From Octopus bimaculoides (taxonomy: Eukaryota), in the NCBI RefSeq assembly GCF_001194135.2, contig NC_068988.1:69560590-69624589 (forward strand): 64,000 bases of DNA, read 5' to 3'. The notes beneath the pieces were generated by a model that was not told the DNA's origin, made no database searches, and saw only the letters and a list, made by a program, of their open reading frames with translations. Shown piece after piece: positions 39,331-51,302 of the stretch (position 1 is the stretch's first letter; each line of letters begins with the position of its first letter). The position numbers and the translations under genes are program-made.

Positions 39331-40999
39331 AAAGCTACCCTACTTAGACTAATAAAGCTATTGTAGCACTGTAGTCAAATAAGCTTTGGGGACAAAGTCC
39401 TTAAATTCCCAAAGGCCTCGTTAGCTGCTAATTATACAAACTCTATTACTCTGTTAACTACTCAGATCCTTCTCTCTCTCTTTTCATCTCTCTCCTACTC
39501 CTCACTTTGCCTCCTTTCCTCTATATCCCCCTCTCTCTATCATTATTGCTGTGTTTCCAATGTCAACAAGGGAACAAGTGATCTTGTACATGGTCAGTCA
39601 ACTTATTAAAAATAGCAACTAAGTTTCCCTCAAATCACACAGCATGTTAAATAAAGAAAGTTACTTTGAATAATGTAATCCCTAACATACAAAAACCTGG
39701 GATGCTCATAGATGGAGTACAAGACAGGATAGTCATGGTTGGAGTACAAAAAGATCTGATGATTATGGATTTGCTGAACCAGAGCCAACACAGGACAAAA
39801 CAACAATAACTTCAATTTCTCTAATTCTCTAATTTATTTACTTCTTGCTTTAACTCTGGATGCAAGAATGGCTGAGTGGTTAAGAAGTCTGTCTTTGCAA
39901 TCATGAAATCCTGGAGTCAGTTCTTCTGTATGCCACCTCAAGCAAATGAATCTTAGCATAGCTTTGTGTCTAGCCTAGCCTTATGAATGACACTGAGGAG
40001 ACAGAATCTGGGAAGGTCTTTAGATTAACTGTATTTGAAATTCAAAGTTTTACCTTGCCACAAGTTTAGTCAAACTGATTTAATTTGAGAATTACGTTAA
40101 GGGTACATGTTTCTGTGGAATACTCAGCCACATACATGTTAATTTAATGAGTAAGTACTGGAGTTGATTGATCAACTAAATACAACATAGAATCCATCAT
40201 CACCATCAGCAGCAGCTTGTGACATCATCATCATTCCAATTACTCTAACTTTCACAATGAAATATGTCAGACTTCCAAACGATCCTATAATATGTATCGT
40301 ATTACAAAATCTCATCTAATATTTCAATATCAAATATTAGTTACTGTCTCACCACCCAGTCTAATTAACAGATTGTATCTCCACCACTGCACACCATCAG
40401 GTAAACATGGTAACATGTGTTTCATCTCTTACCCTTTCATGAGATTTACAATAACTGACAGATAAAAGCCATAACTGGACTTGGACTACCCTTCAGAACC
40501 TGGAAACACTCCTGTCTTTCAGCAATGTGAAGTTGTAGAGGGTATTTGAAGTAGTGTGAAACAGTGTCATGAATGAAGACACATGAGTATTGATATAACA
40601 TACAATATACATCATTCATTTGGAGAATGAAGAGATTCAGAGTGACACATGAGTTGTGAAATATATCTGAATTTCTAATTCTAAATATGCTTCATTAAGT
40701 CTCAGAGTATTTTTACTCTTATTTTAATTAGTTGCTATTGCTTTTCTTGTTGTTTAGATAAAATTTCACTCTGCTTGAGCTAGAACTACATTGTCTGATG
40801 TGTTCGTCTTGTTAAAAGCTTTCAAGACAAAGGTGATTTCAAAGATTTGGCTACTATTTCTAGCAAGTCATATGACGACCATTTAGAGTCTCTCTTGTTA
40901 GCTCATGTTATTATTGTTATGCAATGTGCTCTCCTTATTTAAGATGATTTGACTACTAACCCTCTACAAAGCTCAGGTAAGACTCCCTATAGTATATTA

Positions 41000-41850
41000 A
41001 TTCTACATCTGGGATGCTGCTGCTTCAACACAGGTATTCTAGGCTGCTTCCAGAAAAAGGACACTCAACTGGTTGGCATAAAACTACTTAATATGCACAT
41101 TTCAGCCACTGACCCATAGATCTGATGCCTCTTTCATTTGCCTTTACTGTCACTACTGCAGTAGCCACCATTCCTCAGTGATGGATGGTCATGTGCCATC
41201 CCCATACAAACACTCACAGTTCCTTTGTTCTCCCCATATTTTAGGTGCCTATGGGCCCAGCTGCTTTACCAAAGAAGTGGATCCCACTCTCATCAAAATA
41301 TGATAACAATATATTAATAATGAACCCCAGGCAAAAGTATGTGGCTTAGTGGTTAGGGTATTCAGTCCATGATCATAAGGTGATGAGTTCAACTCTCAGC
41401 GATGTGTTGTGTCCTTGAGCAAGTTGCTTTATTTCACATTGTTCTAGTCCACTCAGCTGGCAAAAATAAGCAGTACCTGTATTTCAAAGGGCCAGCCTTG
41501 TCACATTCTCTCACAATGAATCTCCCTGAGAACTACATTAATGGTGCACATGTCTGTGGAGTGCTCAACCACTTGTATGTTAATTTCACAAGCAGCTTGT
41601 TCTGTTGATTCAATAAACTGGACCCCTCATCATCATAACCAACAGAGTGCCACTAATAATGAACCCATTGGCCTCTAAACACTTGTATTGCTGCACATAT
41701 AGCACCTACCTTAAGATGACACTACCCACTCTAACCAACAACACTTATTCTTTTTTACCCAGAACATCAACCCTCTGGAATCCCAAATCACTTCCCTTAT
41801 TTTTCCAGGAGTCAACAATTTTCAAACAACTCAAAATGAATATTAACTGT
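41000..41850 (+). mobile_element. Old L2/CR1-type LINE 3' ORF2 remnant, split by a SINE
   Basis: QPLTHRSDAS..LYCHY before the SINE and YSFLPRTSTLWN..LP..FKQLK after it. Confidence 0.45.
41335..41650 (+). mobile_element. tRNA-derived SINE with a different head/body but the family A tail
   Basis: Head GTGGCTTAGTGGTTAGGG..GAGTTCAA, body TGTGTCCTTGAGCAAG..AGTCCACTCAGCTG; from CAAAGGGCCAGCCTTGTCAC onward it matches 39005-39175. Confidence 0.7.
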
Positions 41851-42044
41851 GGTTATCTCACCAGCCTTGAAAGAAGAGTCACAGTTAATGTTCTTTCCAT
41901 TCCATACAATAACATAACTCAAGATTCCAGAACTTCTAAATGGTTCAATAGAACCTATTTTGCTAGTTTTCTACTACCAAATATTCAACATGGAACCCTG
42001 AACAAATCAATATGGAAATGATCCAGTAAGAAATCTTCTACATA

Positions 42045-42447
42045 CAGTTCTATATTTACATTTGATGGATATTTGTCCTCATCTTCTTTGTTGTTAATAC
42101 AATGTTAATACAATGTTAATACCCTCTAGCCTTCCTCAGGTATCTTGGGGAAATTTCAAACCTAGGTTCTCATTCCTAAGGTATTTTTTGATGTTGGAAT
42201 TGAACTCGGAATCTTGGGGTTAGTAGCCCACACTCCTAACCACTACACCATATGCCTGTGGGCAATTATGGAGTAAATTTTAGGGCTTATAAATCTAATA
42301 TTTTCCTATCCTTCCTAAATATTAGATTTATAAGCCCTAAAATTCACTCCATAATTGCCCATGGGCATATGGCGTAGTGGTTAAGAGTGTGGGCTACTAA
42401 CCCCAAGATTCCAAGTTCAGAATAAGAATAAGAATAACGATAACAAT

Positions 42448-42487
<40 letters not shown>

Positions 42488-42653
42488 TCATCATCATCAT
42501 CATCATCGTCATCGAAAAATACCTTAGGAATGAGAACCCAGGTACGAAATTTCCCCAAGACAGCTGATGAAGGCTGGAGGGTATATCGTTCGAAACATTG
42601 TGTTAACAACAAACAAGATGAGGACAAATATTCGTCAAATGTAAATAATGTAC
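42045..42653. mobile_element. Foldback element: two divergent tRNA-head + Penelope-like hammerhead arms
   Basis: Inverted arms centred near 42310; flanking near-direct repeat CTTCTACATA/CCTCTACATA (42035-44 / 42654-63); second copy at 60903-61290. Confidence 0.8.
42558..42604 (+). ncRNA. Degenerate minimal hammerhead in the right arm
   Basis: AGACAG-CTGATGA-AGGCTG..CGTTC-GAAAC-ATT-GTGTT; stem II and the triplet are mutated relative to the 60991-61037 copy. Confidence 0.5.
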
Positions 42654-43006
42654 CCTCTACATAGCTGATTGATCTGATCGAAATAACAGCTATGAATCCT
42701 TCCTCACTACTCTCTGCCACCTTAAAAAAATAGAGAGAGATACATTGATTATTAGCAAGAAAAGGAATTAACAAGTGAGACTCTATATGGTTGCATGATT
42801 TGGTAGAAATCATAGTGAAATTGTCTTCAAAATCACTTACTATTATCTTAAATAAGAAATCTTAGATCAGAGTTGTATTGTTTCTAAAGAACAATAATAA
42901 AACTTATCAAAAGAAGAGGAATACTTACTTCTTAAAAAACACTCTGAAGTTAATATAAGATATTTAGAATCAGAAATTGAGATAAAACTCATACACACTC
43001 TCTATA

Positions 43007-44300
43007 TGAGGGGGTACCCAAAAGACATAGAAATCTTGCAATATATAATTTTATTCACTTAGTTTTACATGTTTACACTTTTATCACCTTCAAAGTATTC
43101 TCCATCTGAAGCAATGTATCAGTCCAGACATGTTTTCCACTATTTGAAGAAGTCCTAAAACTCTTGCGAAGTGATGTCTTATAACGCCTCCATCATTTTT
43201 TTCTTCACCTCTTTCATATCTGCAAAACGTTGTCCTTTAAGGACTTCTTTCATTCAGGGAAACAGAAAAATGTCACAGGGAGCAAGATCAGGCGAATAGG
43301 GAGGGTGGGTAAGCGAGGTCATGCCATTTTTGGAAAAAAACTGCCTCACACGCAAGGCAGTGTGCACAGGTGCATTGTCATGAGGAAACCACCACTCTCC
43401 ACTTTGTCACAGGTCAGAGCGTTTTCATCTCACTGTGTCTCAGAAACGTTTCAGAACTGCCAAGTAAAATGTCTGGTTAGCAGTTTGATCAGGAGGGGCA
43501 AATCCTGCGTGGACATTTCATTTTGCATCAATGAAACAAATCAGCATCATTTTGATATTGGACTTCATTTGACATGCTTTTTGGTAGGGGCATGGTAACA
43601 TTGAATGCTTCCATTGACTTGATTGCTGCTTTGTTTCCGAATCATAGCCCTAGCACCAGCTTTCATCACCAGTGATGACCTTCGAAAAACAGCTCAGATT
43701 AATTTCCTTCTGTTCTTTCAGTTCACGATACACATTCAGTCATGACTGCTTTTATTCTTCCGTGAGCGAGTGAGGCACAAATTTTGCTGCACCTCTTTTC
43801 ATTTGCAATTCCTCTCTCAAGATTCTTTGGCAAGAGCTCCAATATACACCAGTCACGTCAACAAGTTCGTCAATTGTTCGGCCATTGTCCTCCAAGATCA
43901 GTTCGTAAATTTTCGTGATGTTTTCATTTGTTCAGGAGGTTGACAGGTGCCCTGAATGAGGTTGGTCTTCAAGTGACCATTCTTAAAGCATGAAAATCAC
44001 TTGTAAACTTGTGTTTTACTCATAGCAGTGTCATTGTAAGCTGTTTAAAGCATGACAGCTGTTTCAGCCACTGTTTTCCCCAGCAGAAAGCAGAAATTCG
44101 CAGAAGCACAAATCGATGAACAGGGAAGAAGCACTTCAAAACAAAGACACACCATGTGGCAGTACAACTTCACTCAATGCAGCCGGTTGACAGACTGATG
44201 CCTGAAGGTGGCATCAAGTGGCTTCTTGTAGTGAAAGCCTGAACTACAATGGGCTTGTCAACACAGAGAACGTTTCTGGTTACTTTTGGATATCCCCTTG
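43007..44300 (-). mobile_element. Full-span decayed mariner transposon (~1.3 kb)
   Basis: TA|TGAGGGGGTACCCAAAA ... TTTTGGATATCCCCTTG|TA. The minus strand gives HPPYSPDLAPCDIFLFP*MKEVLKGQRF..DGEYFEGD with several stops. Confidence 0.92.
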
Positions 44301-44777
44301 TATACTTCCATACTTTCATTTATATCATCCTTCTACTCTACTTTCTCAAGTACTCACTATAGTTTCACTCTAACAGGTGAAATTACCACACTCAACCATT
44401 AAATAGTTTCATCCTGATTCCTGTAACAGTGTTATGACATTTATCAAGACGCATCTCACAAATTCTGGTATCTTTTATCCTTCCCTTTACTATTTTGCCA
44501 ATGTAGTATACACCTGAGCACTTGCTTGCCAGTTGCTATTTAAACAGGATACAAAATTGGTTCCCAATGTCTTTTTCTAGGATTTGTTATAAGACACCAT
44601 TTTGTTGCCTAGATACAAACAAGTGTTTGTACTACAGATGATTGGGCACTTAGTACATAAAGAACTGCAACAAATGCTGTGTATCATTTTGTCCAAAACT
44701 CTAATGATTCTTCCAGTTCACTGCCTAATTCCAATACGTGATTGTGTGGGTGTGTGCGTGTCTATATNNNNNNNNNN

Positions 44778-44832
<55 letters not shown>

Positions 44833-46034
44833 TGTATAAACATAAACTGCCATGAAAGGATTCTCATAATTCCATCCTTCCTTTTTCTTTCTTCATTCTC
44901 TCTTCCCTCTCATCTTTTATCTTCTAAACTTCTCCCCTTTACTTTTTAATCTCTTCCTCTCTTTTTCTTCTTTTTCCATTTTATTTTCCTCCTCTCTTCT
45001 ATCTCTCCAAATATCCTCTTTGATGCTTTTTACCTCCTATGAGGCGTTATATTTATGACCTTTGCCCAAGATACTTTCAATCAAGCATTAACATCACCTC
45101 ATTCTGACTCTATGCATGGTCTGAACATCACATTTTTAGGACCACTTTTAGAACAGTTTCTAGGAACAATTTTTAGATCTTTTTGTTACTTTATTATAGT
45201 AGCACAGGGGAAATATTTATAGCTATATAATTTATAGAGTTATGATCTATGATCCAAACAATTCTTCTTTAAATTGAAATGAGCTTCCTCTTATATTTTG
45301 CTCAGACTTCTTCATCTTACACAGGACATCACAAAGTAGTTTTATTTAAAAACAACTGAGCTCCTCACCCAATTGTCTCTTCAAGATATCTCTGCTACCC
45401 ATCATCTAACCGCGCTATTCTGCTGCTGTAATGACATATGAGCAGATCTGCAAACTTCACCAACTTTTCACTGATACCACTTATTTTTCACTTGAAATCT
45501 ATCCTTCATTCATAATACTATCTTCTTCATCCATATTTTACATTGATCATCCTCTTGGACCATCAAGTTATCTCTCCTTCTCCATCACATCTATTATTCT
45601 CCCCACGCATTATGCCCGCCTTTTCCACAACACTCTTCCAACCTGCCCAACTTACTCTCTCCTCTTCCTCTTTCTCTCTCTTTCCCCTTTCTCTTTCTTT
45701 CTTCCCCCCTCTCTCTCTCTCTCTGACACCCTCTCATCCTTCCTATGTCTACTGTATCATTATTACAAATGTACTTCTCTTCTCCATTCCATTTTTCTGC
45801 TTTCAACTTGAGTGTTCCCTCATACAGAGTATTACACATTTAATTTGAGAGTGCCTTGAAAGGAAATATTATACTCAACTTGTATTGTTTTTTGTTTAGT
45901 TGTCAAATAACAGTTAAACAGGTCTAGAATAGAAAGTGTTCCAACCATGAACATCCAGTATTTATATGTAGAATTATATTATTCAATATGCCTTTTCCTT
46001 AGTTACAATGATACATGTGATTTTAGAGGAATTT

Positions 46035-48645
46035 CGACCCACAAACCTACTATTCAGATTGTGTCAGCATCTGTCAGTGGACTTCTTATTCAGATAGTGT
46101 TGATACCTATCAGAGGAAGACTTACTCTTCAGGTAGTGGTGAAAAAATATGGAAGCCTACCTCTTCAGAGAGTACCAAAACCCATCAGAGATCTAGCACT
46201 CTGGAGTGTCAACATTCATCAGAGATCTACCACTTCAGACAGCACCAATACTCATCAGAGATCTGTCTCTTTGGATAGTGTTGATAAATTCACATGTCTA
46301 CCTCTCTGGATAATATCAACCTTTATCAAATATATATCCCTTCAAATATTTAAATCATCAGATAATGTTGACAACCAGTAGATATCTACATTTGAGACAG
46401 TACAGATGATCATATCATACCTCAGATAGTGCTGACATCCTTCAAAGATCTATCTCTTCAGATAGTGTTGACACCTATCAAATGTCTACTTTTTTGACAA
46501 ACATCAGACATATACCCTTCAAAGTATTGCCTTCTATCCAAGGTTTACCTTCTTCAGAGAAAGTTAATACACATGAAATATCTACTTATTCCAATAGTGT
46601 CAGCACACCTCAGAGGGGTATCACTTCAGATTGTGTCAACACCCATCAGATACTTCATAAGATAATGTCAACACATATCAGAAGTCCACTTCTCTAGATA
46701 CTGTTGACACTTATCAAAGGTCTACTCTTCAGTTAGTGTCCATGCCCGTTACTGGGTACCTACTACTTCAAATATAGATGATGCTCAACAAAGGACCACC
46801 TGATCATATAGTATTAATAACTATGAGATAGTGTCAACACACATCAAAAAATCAACCACTTCAGATAATGTTGACAAATGTCAGAAGCCTCCAAAAACAG
46901 AATCAAATGTCATTCCCAAGCCATAGGTTCATAAAGCCCGTTTCCTTGATTCTGTAGTGAATATAATACCACCTGGACAGGATGTCAGTCCATACAGGAG
47001 TACTTGATTTTGCTAGCTGAGTGAATTGGACGACATGAAATGTTTTACTCAAGACAACAAAACATTGCCTGATCCATGAATTTAAACGGCAATTTTACAA
47101 TGATAAGTGCAACACCCTAACGACTAAGCCATGTGTCTTCATATCAGAGGCTTTACAGATATTGAGATGTGGCTCTTCAGAGAGTTTCAATATCTCTTAG
47201 ACATGTTCTATATCTTCAGTTAATTTCAACGCTCATCACAAGTCTGACTTCTCAGACAATATTGACAACACACCAGGAACTTATTTGTCCTAAAACCCAT
47301 CAGAGATCTATGTTTATCCATAATACAGTCACCCATCAAAGGTAGTCTGTCTATATAAATAATACCGACAACACCAGAAGGTGTCTACACTTCAGATGAT
47401 GTCAACACCGATCATTTGCTTCTTCAGTTAGACTCCAATCAGTCATATACCTCCTTAGAAAGTGTTAATGGCCATCAGAAACCTCCTCCTTCGAATAGTG
47501 TAGACATTCATCAGAAGTCTGCTTGTTTAGATAGATAAAATACCTGTCAGAGGTATATTTTTTCTGATAGTGTCAACACACATTAGAGGAGGTCTATCTC
47601 TTGAAATAGATATCCACTTCCATCAAAGATTTACCCTTACTTGTATAACTGATGCCAAAACATTCAAATAGAGTAGGAACCCATCAGAGGTTTACACAAT
47701 AAGGTAGTATTAAAACACAACAGAGGTGTACCTCTTCAGAGAGCACTGACACCTATCATAGAGCTACCTCTTCAGATAGAGCTGGTGCCCATTATAGATG
47801 GGCAACTACTTTGGATAATGTGAAGACCCATCAGAACCCTATGTCTTTAGATTCTCTTGACATGCATTAGAGGTCTACTTCTTCACATAGATTTGATTAT
47901 CATTAGAGATCTACATCGTCAAAGAGTAGTAGTACAATACTTCTTCTGATAATGTCAATATGTATCAAAGTTATATTTCTTCAGATATTGTTGATGTGCA
48001 TCACAGGCTTATAGTTACTTTGATACCAATCAGAAGTATAGCACTTCTGTTCAGATAGTATCAAAACCCATCAGAGTTTTATGTTCCCATGTATCTACAT
48101 CCATCAGTGATCTACCTCTTGAGATAGTGTCTACACCCACCAGAGCTCTGCCTCCTGAGAAAATGTTGACTCCCATGCAAGGCTTACCTCTTGAAATATT
48201 CTTGGTACTCATCAGAAGTCTACTTATTCACATTATCATCACACCCCAGAGTACTGCTTCTCGAGGTATCATCATCATCTCTCAAGAGACTTTCCCTTCA
48301 GTTAGTATTGACACCCAATGGAGGTGAACCACTTCAAACAGTGTTAGCAACCATCAGAGGCCACTTACCTTTTCGGTCAGAAAGTGAAAACATCCAGCTG
48401 AAGTCTGCCTCTTCAGATCAAGGCAACACCCATCAAAGGCCTACCTGTACAGAGAGTGTTAACATCCATTAAAAATGTACTTCCTTAAATGATGTCAATG
48501 TCTTTTATAGTTTTACCTCTTCAGAGGGCTACTTTATCAGATAGTGTCAACACTCATCAAAGATATCAAACCCTTCAGACAGTGTTGTCACCCACGAAAG
48601 GCCACATCTTCAGATAGTATTGACGTCTGTTAAAAGAGTTCTACT
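46035..48645. repeat. Degenerate 36-bp minisatellite array (~2.6 kb)
   Basis: The approximate consensus ACCTCTTCAGATAGTGTTGACACCCATCAGAGATCT recurs throughout; interrupted by a SINE near 46905-47140. Confidence 0.8.
46905..47140 (-). mobile_element. Old tRNA-derived SINE within the minisatellite
   Basis: Minus head CATGGCTTAGTCGTTAGGGTG and body ..CAATTCACTCAGCTAGCAAAA resemble 41335-41470. The tail GGACTGACATCCTGTCCAGG..GAAACGGG is different. Confidence 0.55.
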
Positions 48646-48798
48646 TCTTGGTTTAGTGTACATTCCACACTTACCAAAGCGTATCTTTACAATATAAATA
48701 TTCCTTATAACAGAAACATTGATTCCTAAATACTGACAGGGTCACAGATTTTGTGAGTGGAAACTGACCTCAGTGATCCATTGGTGGTTGCTTAGGTA

Positions 48799-49181
48799 TT
48801 GTTGTTGTTGGCACTCCGTCGCTTACGATATCGAGGGTTCCATTTGATCCGATCAACGGAACAGCCTACTCGTGAAATTGACGTGCAAGTGGCTGAGCAC
48901 TCCATAGACACGTGTACCCTTAACGTAGTTCTCGGGGATATTCAGTGTGACACAGTGTGACAAGGCTGACCCTTTGAATTACAGGCACAACAGAAACAAG
49001 AAGTAAGAGTGAGAGAAAGTTGTGGTGAAAGAGTACAGCAGGGTTCGCCACCATCCGGAGCCTCATGGAACTTTAAGTGTTTTCGCTCAATAAACACTCA
49101 CAACGCCCGGTCTGGGAATCGAAATTGCGATCCTATGACCGCAAGTCTGCTGCCCTAACCACTGGGCCATTGCACCTCCAC
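48799..49181 (-). mobile_element. tRNA-derived SINE family A
   Basis: Reverse complement of 38795-39177; flanks TTGCTTAGGTA/TTGCCTAGATA. Confidence 0.9.
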
Positions 49182-50199
49182 TTGCCTAGATATATCATGC
49201 CTGGAAATTAATTTGGGAGGGTTACAACGGGAATACCTTTGATGATTGGCTTACTTGATCTGGGCTGACTTTGAATAAAAAAGATTGTTACATATCATCT
49301 AGTTTGACACCAGCCCTCTCCCTTGGTGGTCCACTTGTTGGACCAGGTTTCTGATTACATGATAATTTCTTGACACCTTTCTGAGCTACCAGTCACAGAG
49401 TCCCTGACAAAACATACTGAAGCCGCTCTTCCTCTTGTGAGAGCAACAATTTTTTATTTCCACATACAGTAATATACTTTAATAAATGAACCAACGTAAT
49501 TTTTTTTCTTTTTATTATTCGTTTTTTTTTTCAGTCATTGGACTGCAGCCATGCGGGAACATCTCGTCGAAGGGTTCAATCAAACAAAGCGACCTCAGTA
49601 CTACTTTTTTAAGCTTGTGCTTACTCTATCGGTCTCTTTCGCCAACATAAACAAACTAACACAGGTTGTCAAGTGGAGGTTGTGGAGGACACACAAACAC
49701 ACATACACGCGCGCGCACGGCGGGTTTCTTTCAGTTTTCATCAACCAAATCCACAAGGCTTTAGTCTATCTGGAGCTATAGTAGAAGACACTTGCCCAAG
49801 GTGCCGCCCCGTGGAACTGAACTAATAACAAACAAATATACTTGCAATTATATTTTTTGCGATTTCTAATTACTATAAAATTATCATATTTTTCAGTACG
49901 GTAAATATCGCATTTTTTTCCCATTATAATACGGAATCACAAATATTGATATTTTTGCTATGACGCGTTAATGTTAGCTTCCACTCCGAAGTCAATGTGA
50001 AGTGTAAGGGAAATAACTCCTTAGATTTTGGCTTCCTATTCACTGTGTTAAATGGAAGGTGAATCTCTCAGCATTTAGCTGACGATATGACAAATTTGCT
50101 AATGTGTCGAACAGAAGAATAGGTAGTATTTCTACAGCTTTCTGAGATCAAATACTGACATGGTCAACTTCGTCTTTCATTTTTTTAGGAGTTCATAAA

Positions 50200-50600
50200 T
50201 ATAATAGCAGACGTGTAGTGAACCAACTTCTTTCTCTCTCCGTCTGCCTGTCTGTCTCTATCTCTCTTTCTCTCCTTCCAACCCTCTCTCTTTCCAGCCC
50301 CGCTCTCTCTCTCGGCTTTGGATACGTAGCACGGTGAGAAAATTAAAGGGAAACCACTCACACTTTCGTTTTTTTTTTAATCTATAAATAACGAAGTCGA
50401 AGTAGCGATTTCAAATTGCCCCACCAGCCTACACTCCCGATTACTTGAATTCGAGTTCAGAGTACGGGAGTGGATAGGATGAATTCGATTTCCGATTTCA
50501 TTCACACGTTTGTGATTTGAGATTCACCGCTTCAAACGCATGCTAAAATGTTCCTCACCCTAGTGGTAAATAAAAGAATTATGATTTTTGTCAGTATCAT
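50200..50600. promoter_or_regulatory. CpG-retaining unique segment, possible unmethylated promoter region
   Basis: About 17 CpGs counted by eye in 50221-50580, versus 2-3 in equal-length stretches such as 26001-26360 or 44401-44760. Confidence 0.35.
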
Positions 50601-50814
50601 TATTATAATTATTTTTATCTGTAACTCATAGTAACTCTCAATAAGTGCATAAATAGTTTGTTTCGTATATGAATATATATCGTTTGATTTTAAAGCGAAT
50701 GAATATTATTTCGTTTTGCATATATAAACTCATTGTTACATATGGGACATTATGTGAATGTGCAGAATCGGTTTGTTAAAGTGTCCGAATTTTTAGGCGC
50801 TAATATCCTAAGTT

Positions 50815-50985
50815 AGCAGCTCGTGTGCCGGGAGTTTTTATAGTTCTGAGTTCAAATTCTGGCGAGTTCCATTTTACCTTTCATACTTTCGGGGTCGATT
50901 AAATAAGTACCAGGGTCGATGTAATCGACTTAATACCTTCCCCCAGAGTTGAGGTATTGTGCTTCCAGGAAAAAAGAATTATTAT
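50815..50985 (+). mobile_element. SINE family C fragment
   Basis: GTTCTGAGTTCAAATTC..TTTCATACTTTCGGGGTCGATTAAATAAGTACCAG, shared with 53345-53575. Confidence 0.7.
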
Positions 50986-51302
50986 TATTATCATTATTAT
51001 TATTATGATTAATATAATTATTATTATTATTATTATTATTGAGGCACGCAATTTCTGTCTTATGTCAACTGTGGTACAAAACTAGGCATATGGAAAGAAT
51101 GAAAGTAAATTGATTTACTTAAATACAATGTTAAATTGTCGGACACAGCAACTTGAAATAGATTTTAAAAAGTTTAACTTTCCAAGGGAAATAACTCTAT
51201 AAAAAGCAAGAGTAACTTCCCTTAAAATCTGTCGCGTTGAAAATCTACTGTCTATTAATATAAAAGGTTGTTAGCCTGCCAGCTGGCAGATACGCCAGCA
51301 CG

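Noticed and set aside
46035-48645. CRISPR array or C2H2 zinc-finger cluster
   Set aside because: The context is eukaryotic, the units are contiguous with no unique spacers, and there is no Cys/His spacing or 84-bp period.
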